Assembly: GCA_030141605.1 (NCBI GenBank)
Contig: JAQGDQ010000264.1
Location: forward strand, 186,001-250,000
Direction: 5' to 3'
Length of the DNA stretch: 64,000 nt
Source: Tubiluchus corallicola
Taxonomy: Eukaryota; Animalia; Priapulida
Below are positions 12,401 through 25,885 of the stretch, piece after piece (within the stretch, counting starts at the first letter, position 1; every line of letters starts with the position of its first letter). The translations under genes and the position numbers were made by a program. Below the pieces are notes generated by a model. It ran no database searches. It worked only from the letters and a program-made list of their open reading frames with translations, and was not told where the DNA came from.

Positions 12401-15400
12401 TACAATATAAAGTAATTTACAATACATTTACAATCACAGCTATAAAACAAATACATGGACAGTAAAAATTCTATCATTAAACGAGAGAAAAAAACTTAAA
12501 AATTTAAAGCGGAGAGAGCATTACCCTTTTCTCAAACTCTTTTCTGAAATTAGCTGGCAACTAATGATATCATTAATTAATTAGATTATGACTGTGAATC
12601 ACAGAATTGTTTATAAAAAATTGCAGTTTATTTTTAACAGTTATTACCCATTGTGGGTAATGAGTTGCAGAAAGAAAGGTGACAATGAAAAACCAACGAC
12701 TCTACAATTTTTCAGCGTCTCCTTTCTCCAACTCATTACCCGCAATGGGTAATAATTGTTAAAAATAAACTGCAGTTTTCTTTATAAACAATTCTGGCAT
12801 TCACAGTCAGAAACTAGTTAATTACTGATATTAATGCAATTTTCAATGACTTTTCTTTTTAAATTTTATAATGTTTAATTTATCTCACAACTTTGATACT
12901 GCCAAACTGCGATGTAATGTTTTATTACTTTGTCATATTCATATTAGGGTATGTGCTTGCATCCGTGGTTTGGAAAACTAATGTGAAATTATTATCATTT
13001 TTTTGACAAGAAATGCTAATCCAGTAATTAAATGCATGCTTTTGTTCATATAAGTAGAATCTTAAATGATAGGTCATTTTTATATTTTAGGATTTTGTAG
13101 AGCAGACCACTAACATAAAGGAAGTTTCTTTTGTCAAATTGTTTGGCAGCTATTTTAGTATCCGTCTGCTACAGGACAATAAGTACATGCACTCTATTGT
13201 TTATGTTGATCAAATTGGTGCTTTAAGATTACTTGAAACCTGGCCTAAGGTATGTTACTAAACTGTAATCTGTTTTCTTTTTTACAATGTTGTTTGTCAC
13301 CATTCTGGAAGTAGCTGCCCTCTGCATGTAAAATATTATCCATAATAACTTTATTCATGAAAGTTATCCATTATAAGTCTTCCATGCAGAAATTATTGTA
13401 TTAAAGTCAGAGTGACAGAAAAAAGCTTTGTGTTAAAGAAAAATTTCATGTTGAAAACACGCCCGCATGATGCATGCTAATGACAATGGCTTATTAGAGA
13501 TCATGACAACAGCAGTGTCTTTAAGTAAATATTATAACAGGTATTATTAAATTTTCATCTTCATTATATTCAATACCCTTGTGATAAGTCTATTTTGCAT
13601 TAAGAATTTCATTCACTTGCCAGGTTTCAGTGCTTGCACCTTACACAAATGGTGATACAAAGTCAATTGTGATTTTTTCACGACAGTCTTCTCGGGTAAG
13701 CCTAAACTATTTTCTAGCATTTTCTAACCACTGTTAGCTGATCTAACAGAAGAAAATTAAGTAAATGATAGAAATTTGTGCATAATTTAAATATTTCATT
13801 TAATAAGTGTCAAATAACTCAGAATTCATGTAAGACAAAAAATGAATTGACTGATCACAACTTGACTGTTGGCAAGTAGTTATCTTGGTTATCTATTAAG
13901 TGCCAAGGAGTTTTGCTTTTAGCTCGTTTTAATGCCTTTGGCTAATTATTCGAAGCTCAAGTGTTATCACGAATACAACTCTTACCAGATCTCTATTTCA
14001 TTTCATTAGTCTACATTATTATAAAGCAATGTCACGAATATTGCACTATGAACAATAGCTTTAACATATTTTTCTTTGGATTTTCAATGTTTTTTAAAAC
14101 TATAGGCCAATGCCAGTGCCCCAGTGTATTTATCTAAATTTGCTTGTTTCAACATATGAATTTCACATGAAGCTTTTCACCTATTTTAAAAGCTAGTTCA
14201 CCTAGTTTTACATCTAGTTCTAGCTGTATTTTTGACTCAATGTATATAGACAAGTACTTTTTTAACATTTCAGAGTGGGATGCTAGCCGTGTTCAGTCTT
14301 GGTAAGCAGCTGTATTTGGAATCAGAAATTGAGATCAACTTGCCAGTTCACCAAGGCAGTCCTGAGCATTTGTTTCCATTCGTCTTCAGCAAGAAAGAAT
14401 CATCATTAGGCATTAGAGCTTTACTTGTTTCAGAGGACCATTCTGCCGGATTTTATGCGCAAGCAGGTAGAAGGCATTGTGCTTTTCAGTTGATGGCATG
14501 GTTTGCAAAAGTCTTAGTCTCACGAGATTATAGTTTTGCAGTTTGACAAGAATTGGGACTTGCTTTCATTTTTATAAGTATTTTTAACATTTGTACTTTT
14601 GACTGTGAGTAAAACTATGATAATTGGTAAATTATTAAGATAAGCACATTTTTGTACTTAGGTAAGTCTACTTTAATGCATAATGTGTGATGTATGTATG
14701 TGTACATAATAATATTTGAATTTTATGCACATGCTTTTTCATTTTTGCTTAAACAGTGTTTAAGATTTTTATATGTCAAATAATCCACCGTTTCCATTAT
14801 AGTGTTTCTCACATTCTTATAATAAACTTATACACTTCATACAGTTAATTTTTAAACCATGACAGGTGTAGTCTACTATTAGTGTTGCTGTTCCATTTTG
14901 TATTTTTCACAATACTGAATATTGATAGGAGATGCTGTATGGACCAGGGAGGAAGCTCTTGCTAGTATTGCATCTGTTGAAATGGCGGATTTGCCGGTCT
15001 CAGAAATTCAGGCCAAGTTCGAGGAAGAATTTGGATCCTCTAAAGGTCAGAAAACTGAAATCTTGAAATTGTGCAAAACTAGAAATTGCAAAGTTTTCTT
15101 GGCATTGATGATGATGATGATGACACTGCTGTTAGGTAGAGTACTTTGTGATAACCTGTCCCGTACAAGCATCATAAACAGAGAAATATAGCAAAAAAAA
15201 AACTCTTTGAATGGCATTTTTAAAATAATATATAATGTACAGTTAAAAATTAAACTCAAAATTAAAATGAAACAAAAAATACAGCTATTTCCATCTGTGA
15301 CTGTGGCACCCCCAAAACTGTGTAATCCATCTGTCCAAAGCTATAAAAGCTAACAATGCATATATACTTTTGCTTGTCTTCATACTGGCTTGCAATGCTA

Positions 15401-18400
15401 TGCTACCATACACAAAGCCGTATAACACGCACAAATTTGTGCAGTTTTATTTAACACTTTGTGTGTATTTAGTTGACATGGTTTCTATGTTCTTGAGACG
15501 TGTTTCAACACAGCTGTCTGAGCTACAACTCTACATTGCCGAATTACTGCAACGTTTATACGGTAATGAGAAGCTGACCGCTAGTGAAAAACGTAAACGT
15601 GCGCTGGTACGTGACGAGTTCAACATTCACAAAGTTATAGTGGCTTCAACTACGTCAGGCAAGGTAATTATTATACTGGTTTAGCATTCTTACATACTAA
15701 ATTATTCATTCATACATTTGTAGTTTATTTATGTATCATTATTTTCATTTATTCATTTATTTATTTGTTACTTTTTTATTTGTTTATTTATTTACTATTG
15801 GGTAGCCTATACATTCAGTTATTCCAGTGGTTCCCAAACTTTCTCGGACCGTTACCCAAATCGGGAAACCTGGTCGTGTCCATTACCCCCCACCTAGTAC
15901 TACTTCTCCAACTCAAAAAGTAAACACACGTATATGCCACAAGCAAGCAAAATTATTTATGTTTGCTCGTGACATAAATAAATTTCCAGGTGTTGTTGTT
16001 GTATTGTTGCCAAAACAAGAATTACAATTACTGAACCTGCTCATTACTGAGTGCCGGAGGTAGTCTCTTCAAGAAGAAAACTATGTAAAATGCATTCCGA
16101 GCGAAGTTTTAAAAATTTTCAGAGGGCTGCCCGTTACCCCCCCCCCCCCCAAAAAAAACCATATTACCCCCGGGGGGTAATTTACCCCTACTTTGGGAAC
16201 CACTGAGTTATTCATTGCTAAGAAAAGCATGGACATGTAATATTATTTGCTAATACTTTCTCTAAGCTGTCCTTGTTTCTCATTAAAATCTTCTAGAGTT
16301 TATGCTGGATCAAATGCGATTATGTTCGCAGTTGAAATAAAATTCTTATAAGTGTTTCGCCATACTTTACATGGGTAAGTCCGTCAGTCAGTATGCTTCC
16401 AAAATTGTTTTCATTTAATGGTTTAGTGGGACATGAAATTTGCTGTCTTTAATTTTGTATTTTCCAAGTTATTCTAACTGATTACCTAGTGGAATAACTC
16501 TTGACCACAAGCTACCAGTTGAAGCAGAAAGATGCTATCCGCAAAAACTTTCTATCGTTTAGCAATATCACATTTTTCAGTATGATTTTTCAACATGTAA
16601 AACCTTTAAAACATGCAAAAATATAGTGTGACAAGAATATACCTCAGAATGTAAATTCTAAAGTCAGTCGCTGCTGTTCTGAACTCTTTCACTCAGTTTG
16701 TATTAGAGGTTCAACCATATTAAACCATTATTCGAAGAAAAGTGCTCCATGACTTTGAAACATCTATTAACAGACATCCTTTGCACTGCTGAAGCATTTT
16801 TCTGCTGGATATTGCATGTTATTCATTTCAGATTTAAGTGCAGAAATTTTCTGTTCATTCAAAAATATTTTTTGATGATGATGATTGTTCTTGACACAAC
16901 TGCTCAAACTCATTCGTAACTTATTTTAACACTTCATTTAAATTCGAAGTAGTACCATGATGGCATAAAAAATTATAACACCAATATGTCAACCATGAGT
17001 CGAGGCAAAACTTGAACTCACTCGCTAACCTGAAAATTTACCTAATTTTAACAAAACGTTCTCTGCTTTATGACTACTTAATATTACGTGTTTATGATAA
17101 CAAACATTTTCACAATAAACTATTTGTACTGAAAAAAATTTTCAGTTGCTGCTGCTTTTCGCTGGGCACTTAAGACATGGTTCTAAATTCCATTTTAAAA
17201 TTTAACAATAATTAGCTAGCTCCTATGATATTGAAATAAACAAAATTAGTTTAACATAATATGAGTAAGTAAAATAGATTTAAGAGAGTTACGCAAATCT
17301 AAGCTTAATGAAATTTTAGCAGGCATAACTTATTGGTTGATCTAGGTAGAATTTTCACTGCGGTTAAGACGGCAATGACACGTACTAATTCGTCGCTTCC
17401 TGGATAGGTGTCCACAATGAGTCCGAGTTTCCATTCTTGTCTACGTGTATCCTTGTTTATTATTAGTACAGTATCATCCACGTTCAGGTTTGGGGCATCT
17501 GAGAACCACTTTTTTCTTGAACCCAATAATGACAAAAGTTCTTTCAAGCAACTTTGCCAGAAATGTGAAATGAGTTCTTGAACGCGTATCCGTCTCTTTC
17601 TGGATGAAACGTTTCTTTGTCCACTGATTCTGGTGTGATATCGCCTCCGGTTTGTCCGTGTAAAAAGTGGTTTGGAGCTATCACTGGCTCGACTTGTGGA
17701 TCGTCGGTAGGTGGTGTTAGTGGCCATGAGTTTCTTAAGCTTTCTGCTCTGACTATTGCCGTATGTAATTCTTTGTCGTTGACATCAGCATTGCCCGACA
17801 CAGCTGAAATGACATGTTTCGCTGATTTGATCAGTGACTTGAACACTCCACCAAAATGTGGTGCCCCAAGTGGATACCAAATACACTCAACTCTGCTATT
17901 GACTAATCTGCATTGTATAATCTCCTAATTCTCAGATTTCTTTTTCTCCTGCTGTGAAGTTTGAATCATTGTCAGACAAAATTTTCTTTGGCCATCCTCG
18001 TCGGGACACCATTCTAGTAAATGCATTCAAGAATGCATTAGTATCCAAACTTAGCTATTTCTAAGTGGACAGCACGAGTTTGTAGACAGATGAATAAACA
18101 CAAATATCTCTATGCAGGTATTTTTCCTCGTCCTTGTTTTGTGATGTAGGATCCTCTATAATCATCTGCAATGTTTGTGAATGCTCTCAGTCTTGCATCT
18201 AACCTCAGCTTTGGCAAAGGTGCATTTTTTGTTGTACAGGCTTGTCTCTGAATCGTAGTCATTTGCATTCATTGCACTGTGATTCTAACTTCTTTATCAC
18301 TCGTCTTGGTCTGACCGTCCAATATTTTTCTAGTTTCTATCCAATATTCTGCATGTAAGAGGTTCCTACATCATGATGGTGGTTCATGATAAGCTGCGTA

Positions 18401-21400
18401 ATCCAATTTTTCTGAGGTAGTATGATAGAATATATAGTGCCTGTTTTTAGAAACTTGGCATTCTGTAATCGACTGTTTGCCTTCATGATTCCATTTTCTG
18501 CTTCGATGAATGGATTCAAGTTCAAGATCTGCATTTTGGTACAGGTTGGCCTTTTACTTTAGGCAGTTGCAGACCTTTCCTCAGTGCCACATGATTGATG
18601 CCTGCACATTTAGCGAGAAACGAATGTTCAGTACATTAGTCATTTTTGTGTGTTTACTTGTTTTTTATTTTATTTATTTGTTTAAATAGTCTGTGTATTA
18701 GTATTGCTCTTAGTTTTTATTTCAAAGACTTTGCATTAAGAGTGTTATTTGATATTTTTTGCTTTTAATGTATTCACTACAATCGTTTTGTACTTACAAA
18801 CTTACTTTCCAGTTGTACGGTATTGACAACTTAAGCGGTGATGTTATATGGAAGTACTTGATTCCAAATGTGATTCCTTTCAAACAACAAGATAAGAACA
18901 TTCTCCCATTGTTTGTTATGAGAACAACTGCACATTTTCCTCATCTCCCGGAGTTTGCATTACTTGGTAAACATAAGGTACACTGCATTTATTTTAGAAT
19001 GTTTCTAATGAAGTTAATTTTAGTTATTTGCAGTTGGTGAAATGTGAGATTAACATAACGTTGAAAACAGGCAATTACATGCATAACTAACAACTCCTAA
19101 CTGCTAGAAAAACAACGGTTCAAACACTAACATTATTTTCAAGCAATGTTAACATTATAATACTTGACAAGTCTTATTAAAAAAAATTATTCTTTTGTCC
19201 AAGCCTAGTACAACAAAATTCACTTTAAACTTATTTGGCCAGTTATGTAAATAAGAAATTAGCTAGAAAATTGGATAAACCTTTTGCCATTAATCTGAAT
19301 TCAATCAATCCATTCAATAGAATCAATTCAAGTTCTTTGTCTACGTTTCTCTACGTTTCGTATTAAGATCTCTAAATTCTGTTCTTGCAGTTTAAGCTTT
19401 TGAAGTAGTTGTATACCAAGAATTTACATTTGCACCATGTTGTACAGTTTGCTTGGAGTTATGACAACTTGCTGCAACTTATTTTTATTAAGTAGAACAT
19501 GCAGCACCTTTTAGCAAACAAACACACGAATTATAAATAACGAATTGAAGGTCAAACAATCTAATATAAATTGTGAAATCATAGAAGTTCTACAATGAAC
19601 TTCGTTTTACACAATTCATGTCACTGACATGTAATCTATTTTCTATGCACATGATTTTAAAGTGAATATAATTAATACTTGGTGACTTGCAAAATATTTT
19701 CTGATTATCATCTATCATTGTTGTTCATGTAGTTAACAGGAAATGGCATTCTTTATGTGTTTAATCCAATTACTGGACGTCAGCTGAATGGAGAAGCACT
19801 GAATGAGTTTGACTACCAAGTAAAGCAAGCTTACCTGCTTAATCAACATGATGATGATTTCTTACGACCGATTGTTTTGATCGATCAGGACCACAAGGTT
19901 TGTAATAATAACATCGGGCATATTAATTTTCTTTGTGGAGAATAATATAGTTTATGTTTTCCGGTTTTTAGCTAATACATAGTGTGTAAAGCTGACAGAC
20001 AATTTTTTCTGCAAAAAGAAAAGTGATAACAAGCATAGACAACTTGGTCTTGAACTTCTAACTTGCTAATTTGCTGTAACTTTTACTCGAAGAAAATACT
20101 AGTTTTCAGACTTCTTCAGAATTAAGGCATGATTTTTATGCCCAATAATAATATGTAAACCAGAATTTAGATAACTATCCTCTTTTACTACAGTCTTGTG
20201 CAGACACTAATGAATGCTGCTTTAGCAGGGCAGAGTAATGTCTTGTGATTTCACTGTTAACACACAGTCCCATGCAGGTATAACGCACAAACAAACCAGT
20301 AATAGATTTATAGTTCGGGTGCAAATCCATTACACAGTTCCCTTTTTTATTATAGGTTCACTTGTTTCCAAAGTCAGCAGAGAGGGTTATGCTTCAAAAT
20401 GTCGGGCAGCAGTATGTTTACAATGTGGATCCTGATACAGGCATTTTAACAGGTTATAGTGTTCACCATGATCGGAAATTAGTAAGTGTTACATTTGCAT
20501 TTGATTAGAATCATTAGATGATATGGCTCAGTTTCAATGGATATCACTCATTTTTCAAGACTGCAAAATTACCAGTGAAAGCTAAGATTGGTAATTTTAC
20601 TTTTTGTTCACTTTTGATATAATTTTTATGCAAATGAAATTTTGCTTGTGTTTACAACGCCAGCAGATTTTTTTCACACACATACCCACTGCAAGCTGGC
20701 ATCTAGCACTCAGAAGCAGGGCTTATTAAATGAGGTGTATTTGGTGTCACCAGAGCCTGGCCAGTATCAAGGATATCTCTCTAAGCAGATCTGTGTCAAC
20801 CAGTTCAGTTGTATGTATATCTTCCCCATGATTCAAATGTATTTAGCTTGGAGTTAAGCAGCCGAGATTCACAATGATACTGCCTAGAGCAACTATCAAA
20901 CTCACGACAGTTGCTCACCACTCAAAATGATGGGGGATTATTCAGTCAAACGTTACCCCACTACAATACCTTTTCTTGATTCATTATAACTGCTACATCA
21001 TGCTTTGGCATAATAAAATTTTGAATTTTGTAATAAAAATTTGATTCATGCAAATTTTCGCAGGGGTTTTTAACAAGGGAAGTATGGAGAGTGACAATAC
21101 CGCGAGACAATCAGCATATATCACATGTGGTTCCAAAGCGACAAAATGGTATTATTTTTATTAATTTTTTCCAGGTATCTTTTAATATCAGATTTTAACT
21201 CTGTTCGTGATAAGGACAAAAGCATTCCAACATTTTGTTATAGTTTTTTAATTTCACACTCGTGTATTAAACTAAAACACAAAGTGTTGCTGACCTTTAA
21301 TAGATTGACATCATACCTATGAATATAAAATATAAATATGATTGACAAAATCATGAATGACAGTTCAGCTTTTCATATTAAATTAAATTATTTGTTGAAA

Positions 21401-24400
21401 TATAGAATTTAATTAAGAAAATCTGAACAGTCATTCACATCAATCATATTTACATTTACTAACTTTTTCTGCAACTAATTACTGATCACTTTCATATCCA
21501 AAAGTTTTTTATTCCTCCCTGGGAACAAGGTGGCACAAAAATACAAAAATACAATTAAAACTGTTGATATAAGATATATTTTTTTCGCTAGAACATGTTC
21601 ATTCACAAGGAAGAGTACTTGGAGACAGGAGCGTACTATACAAATATCTGAATCCAAATTTGGCTGTCGTTGCTACAGAGGGTATGGACCAACAAGAAAA
21701 GGGTTGGTATTATAAAATATAGCAATTCATGCTGTGCATTCAGTTTTGGTAGATACGTGTTTTATTTCTTTGAATGTGTGCAACTTGCTGAGTTTTGCTG
21801 CATACATGATAGAAAGCTGCTTTAGTAAAGTTTAATGCTTATACTTGTCGTTTATAAGTGAAGCAAACTTGGTAGATGATATTAATAATAATAATAATAA
21901 TAATACATAAAATTTAAATAGTGCCCCAAATATATAAAAATGTTCAGTTGCACTTTACAACCAAAGATTTTACAAACCCTAAAATAAATCACAAAACTAT
22001 TCACATTATAACTTCATGAAGAAAATCCTTTAAAAATTTAAGTTAAAAAATCAATACAAAATCTAGATAGCAAAACATAAGCAAAATTTAAATCCAATTC
22101 AATTCTCTTATTCTAATTTAAAAAAATATCCTGTAATATTATAATATTAATCCTGTAGCCCCATTACTGCTATGAAAACTCTTGTATTCTAAATTTTGTA
22201 TCATTTCTTATTGTGAAAATCGCTTGAATCTTACATTGTTTTTCCAGTTCTTTGAATAACTGCCCTGCTCTTAATCTGTGGTTCTGTTTCAGCATTTGCT
22301 TCGTTATACTTAATTGATGTAGTAACTGGAGAGATTGTATTCAGTACTCAACATCAGAAAGCGAAAGGACCAATGCACATCGTTCATGCAGAAAACTGGG
22401 TTGTGGTAAATAAATTAGCTGTTTTAACGTGTTTTGCTTCTCTACTTTCATTATTCTCTTTTTCCTTGGATCTTATGCAAACTAGTAAGTAACTTATAAT
22501 GTAATGAACCTCATGCTCTCAACACTTGATTTCCACTCATTTTGGAATTCTACTTCATATTCTTGAACTAAAAAGTGTGTGTAAAATGCCTCAGGCAAAG
22601 GACTCAGTATATTACTACTCATATTTTCACTTGTTTTGTCGATCTGTCAGTCAGTCGTGTAATCAAGCAGCTTGTTTATTTGATTAATTGCTTGTTTATT
22701 TGTCACCAAAACTGCCTGCAAAATTATGAATGTTTTTTTAACTTTGTAAGAGTTGATTACAAGTCATAAAGCAGTTGATTAGAATTTGGTACAGGAATGT
22801 CCAAGACCAGAGTAGTAGAATTCAAGGCTCAACCTTTACAATTCAGACTAATAAGAAGACCAGAGGCTTCAAGAACAAATTCAGTACCAATGCCAGCATG
22901 TATGAAATGAAGACTAAAATTAGTCTCAGCAAAAATTGTTGCCCATGTGAAGCCATGACACTTAGTCTGATAAAAATTAGCCTCCAGACAGAATAGCAAT
23001 CCTGCAGTAAGTTAAAATTAAAGAAAACCAATAATTGGTAATATGATGGTGGTCCATAGAGAAATACGAGAAAAAAATCAGTATTTTTGAGTAAGGACGG
23101 CCTTTTGTAAAACATTGAAAGATACTAAATACTGCAGAAACATTGTAGGAACTTAAAACTATGACAATATAATTTTGACAGACAACTTCAGCAGTTCTGC
23201 TGAAATGACAATTGGAAAAATTTATTTTGTGCCATAGTAATAATCTCTACTGGACATTTATTCCAGCATCTGTTATTATATTTGCTTTGTCATTTCATTT
23301 TTTAATCTGTTAAGTTTTTTTTGTTTAGTACAACTACTGGAACCAGAAGCTGAGAAGAAATGAATTAGCAGCTTTAGAGATGTATGAAGGAAAAACTCAA
23401 AGCAACACTACAGCATTTTCATCACTCAATCCACCACCACCACCTATAGTTGAAAGACAATCTTATATTTTCCCCTTCAGTATTACAGCCATGACATCGA
23501 CTATCACAGAACGGGGAATCACATCTAAACATTTGCTTGGTGAGTTATTATCAATTCAAAGCTTGTATAGTTCACCATGTTTTATTTTATTTCAAAAGAA
23601 GCTTTTTTGTTCCTCTTATAAGCAACTTTTGTAATTTTTCCCAAAGGATGGATGGTTACTGCCTGTTAGTAGTAATGCTCTTGAGGCAGAATATAAATGG
23701 TGTAGGTGTCACCACTCACAAACAAATTTACTGCATTGTTAGCTAATGTTACTATCATCGAAGAGATCTTTGCATTCGCACTTGAGTCTGTGTGAACAAC
23801 TTATTTACCATACCAGACTTTGTTGTTAAAACTTACTAGCACACTTTGTTTTTAAAACTTACTAGCACTCCAAAAACACACCATGTGAAGGTGAAGAGAT
23901 TTAAAAGAAATTTCGATATTTTCATATACTGCTGTACTGTTTTCATGTTTAAGGAAACAGAAAGAGTAAAAAGTACTAAATATTGATTTTATAACTAACG
24001 TATTGCAAAAAAGAATTTCTGGAATTTTTGTGCTTTTTGTTCTTTTTTCTTTCACCTGAACACACATAGTACGCAGTGTTGTTCTGAAATGTGGTGGTTT
24101 TTCAATATTTTTTATTAATCTCTGGTACCTTAGTTAGACACATATTTTCTCACAATCGTAAGTAAATTTTAGCAATTGTGAATCAAAACTGAGTTTCTCG
24201 TTTGCGCTACTTTCTTGTTTGTTCTCTTTAACTTTAATTCACTGTTGGACTGAAAGTACCTTTATCACTAAAGTCGAAACCTCGCTTAACGCCGAAACTT
24301 TCAGCAAAACGAATGTCTGTATTAATGCACCTCGTTATACTGCCAGACTCGCTATAACGCCAACTTTTTGCAGTCCCAAGGCGGTATAAAGAGGTTTGAC

Positions 24401-25885
24401 TGCATTACTTTCATGCATCGTTTTTTCTTGTTTTTGTAGTTGCGCTAGCAGATGGCGGTCTGCTAGACTTGCCCAAAGCTTTTCTAGATCCACGACGACC
24501 TAATCACCCGACAGTTGAACATAGGTAAGCATAATTCAATATTGTACTTTAATAATATATAGCTTATAGATATTTGTAGAAGCTTATTGCAATAAAACTA
24601 CCATCTTGTTAAATATTCTGGGAAAAAGTTCAAGATTCAGGATTTGATAATTAAAAAGAAAAAGTTCTCATTTAAGTACCTTTACATTACAGAGAAGAAG
24701 GCTTAATTCCATATATTCCGGAGCTGCAACTTCCGAAAGAAGCCATAATCAATTATAACCGTAGTGTATTCAATATTCATGGCATTCATACAGCACCCGC
24801 TGGTTTAGAATCAACATGTCTAGTGTTTGCATATGGTTTAGGTAAGATAACTTTATAGTTAATGTTAAGCTGCACACATTCTATTTTTAATTAACTTTTA
24901 ATTATGATGCCTTTAAAATCTTGATACTCTCTTGGGGTTTGAACTCGAGTGATGCGCATTTGCTTAAATTAAGACTCAAAGATATTATAATAATAATTTC
25001 GTTTAGGACATAGCCCAGGTATGACACCTTAAGTAACTCAATACTTATTTCCAATGTGGTCCCGATTGTTTTTACCCGCGTGTTACTTCGATAAACCCAC
25101 GTGCTTGGTCGAAGAACCAGCTGTACCATTTTTTAAGTCTTTGGTATAACTTGACTGGGAGTTGAACCTGCAATCTCCCAGGTGAGAAGCGAGCATGCTA
25201 CCATTGAGCTATGCCACAAAGTTAGTAATTCATTTTAGTGTATAATATCACTATAGTAGCTGACAGTTCATATATGGGTGACATGAGTGATCACATAGTG
25301 AATTTGACCGTAAAGTTCAGTAATGGGCAGTGTTGGGTTTGGAGAGTAAATGGATGGGTTACTGCAGGGAAAATTAATTCTAGTTACTTTCATCTCCTGT
25401 ACTGCTCCGTGTATTACTTTTGTTGAGGGAAAAGTATGAGTAGTAAGTTCTATGTATATATCAGAATACAGCTGTGACGTCTCTGCCAACTATGTGACTC
25501 ATCTTAGATACATTGTCTTGATAATGGGGCAGTGTCCAGTTCTGTTCAACCTTCAATTTGCAGCTCCCTACCTTGGATGACCACTGAGTTTGTTTTATGT
25601 CCAGTATAAAAAATGAAAACTTGCCTGGTGTAGTTTGCAAAAAAAGGAAAATATGCATCAGCGGTGTCTATGTTTTTTCTTAAGAGTTAGTTGAATTCGA
25701 TTAAATTTAAATTTCTGGTTTCAGATTTGTTCAGCACAAGAGTATGGCCATCGAAAATGTTTGATGTTTTAAAGGACGACTTTGATCATTGGTTGATTAG
25801 CGTTGTTCTGGGTGCTCTTATACTTTCTTCACTCATTTTACAAAAACTTGCAGCTAGAAAGCAACTAAAAGCAGCATGGAAGTGA
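1313..25885 (+). CDS. EMC1: ER membrane protein complex subunit 1 (5'-partial; 21 coding exons in the window, ~928 aa)
   Basis: Exons with GT-AG boundaries and consistent phase: 1313-1440, 2975-3040, 4703-4805, 7543-7659, 10187-10348, 11030-11138, 13091-13249, 13624-13695, 14274-14466, 14929-15045, 15473-15663, 18813-18977, 19733-19897, 20356-20481, 21064-21148, 21592-21702, 22293-22405, 23329-23539, 24440-24524, 24693-24841, 25725-25885. The translation contains EMC1 hallmarks: [162 protein letters not shown], then a C-terminal TM helix and ..KAAWK*. The signal-peptide exon 1 is not in the window. Confidence 0.97.
1578..2480. mobile_element. pogo/Tigger-like (Tc1/mariner) non-autonomous DNA transposon
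   Basis: Imperfect TIRs (cagtgggtgccgcttagtagactcac at the left; reverse complement of the right end is tagtaggtgccatttattatactcac), flanked by TA on both sides. An internal minus-strand remnant reads ..[12 protein letters not shown], like a Tigger transposase C-terminus. Confidence 0.7.
3090..3826. mobile_element. hAT-type MITE
   Basis: TIRs cagggatgttaccgaaac / gtttcggtaacacccctg, subterminal (A)CCGAAA repeats, and an 8-bp TSD gtctacat/ttctatat (6/8 match). Confidence 0.8.
5021..7193 (-). mobile_element. Full-length hAT Buster/Charlie (ZBED5/SCAND3-like) DNA transposon with inactivated transposase, in an EMC1 intron
   Basis: TIRs cagtgcttctcaacc / ggttgagaagcactg; 8-bp TSD atctgagc/atctaagt. 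Transposase runs from ATG 6989 (BED-type finger [23 protein letters not shown]) through [23 protein letters not shown] and [12 protein letters not shown], broken by in-frame TGAs and frameshifts. Confidence 0.93.
7697..7996 (+). mobile_element. Non-autonomous Helitron-like element (~300 bp)
   Basis: GC-rich island inserted between A and T, starting TC(TCTTATATTAATATTCTTGG) and ending with a GC-rich imperfect hairpin (gcccgttcagcggtgggt) plus GTAG. No TSD. Confidence 0.6.
8295..9428 (+). mobile_element. 5'-truncated CR1/L2-group LINE (ORF2 C-terminus, 3' UTR, (ACTT)n tail)
   Basis: ORF2 end [49 protein letters not shown]; 3' UTR stem gggtgg..ccaccc (~9195-9233); AATAAA followed by a tetranucleotide tail. 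Confidence 0.8.
9365..9425. repeat. (ACTT)n microsatellite, ~15 units
   Basis: Perfect acttacttactt... run directly visible. Confidence 0.95.
11219..12086. mobile_element. PIF/Harbinger-like MITE
   Basis: Right end gtgtctgtgcgagtgcagtggaaacacagcc followed by TAA. The left end is a degenerate inverse (gcagctttctactgcatccgcacagac), with an internal repeat of the tttccactgcatcc motif at ~11296. Confidence 0.6.
12565..12833. repeat. ~270-bp palindromic (foldback MITE-like) element
   Basis: Arms of about 110 bp are reverse complements (tgatatcattaatt..tgactgtgaat..ttattacccattgtgggtaatgagttgcagaaag vs ctttctccaactcattacccgcaatgggtaataa..attcacagtca..tgatatta). Confidence 0.85.
15825..16205. mobile_element. 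hAT Charlie/Buster-type MITE (381 bp)
   Basis: TIRs cagtggttcccaaa / tttgggaaccactg; perfect 8-bp TSD agttattc (nnnTAnnn type). Confidence 0.93.
17305..18560 (-). mobile_element. BEL/Pao LTR-retrotransposon integrase/C-terminal fragment (degenerate)
   Basis: Frameshifted pieces [30 protein letters not shown]; [35 protein letters not shown]; and [34 protein letters not shown] (DUF5641-like). No LTRs recognised. Confidence 0.88.
21881..21962 (-). mobile_element. L2-type LINE/SINE 3' tail with (TAT)n end
   Basis: Reverse complement tgtaaagtgcaactgaacat..ggggcactatttaaattttatg(tat)n resembles the L2-clade tail TGTAAAGCGC..GGCGCTATATAAAT. Confidence 0.5.
24271..24402. mobile_element. Short pogo/Tigger-like MITE
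   Basis: Imperfect TIRs ta|aagtcgaaacctcgcttaacgcc ... ggcggtataaagaggtttgactg, with internal ctcgctataacgcc repeats. Confidence 0.6.
24985..25218 (-). mobile_element. tRNA-derived SINE with a Meta-domain-like core
   Basis: Minus strand: A-box ggcatagctcaatggtagc, B-box ggttcaactcc, then ttataccaaagacttaaaaaatggtacagctggttcttcgaccaagcac, and an (ATT)n tail. Confidence 0.75.
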
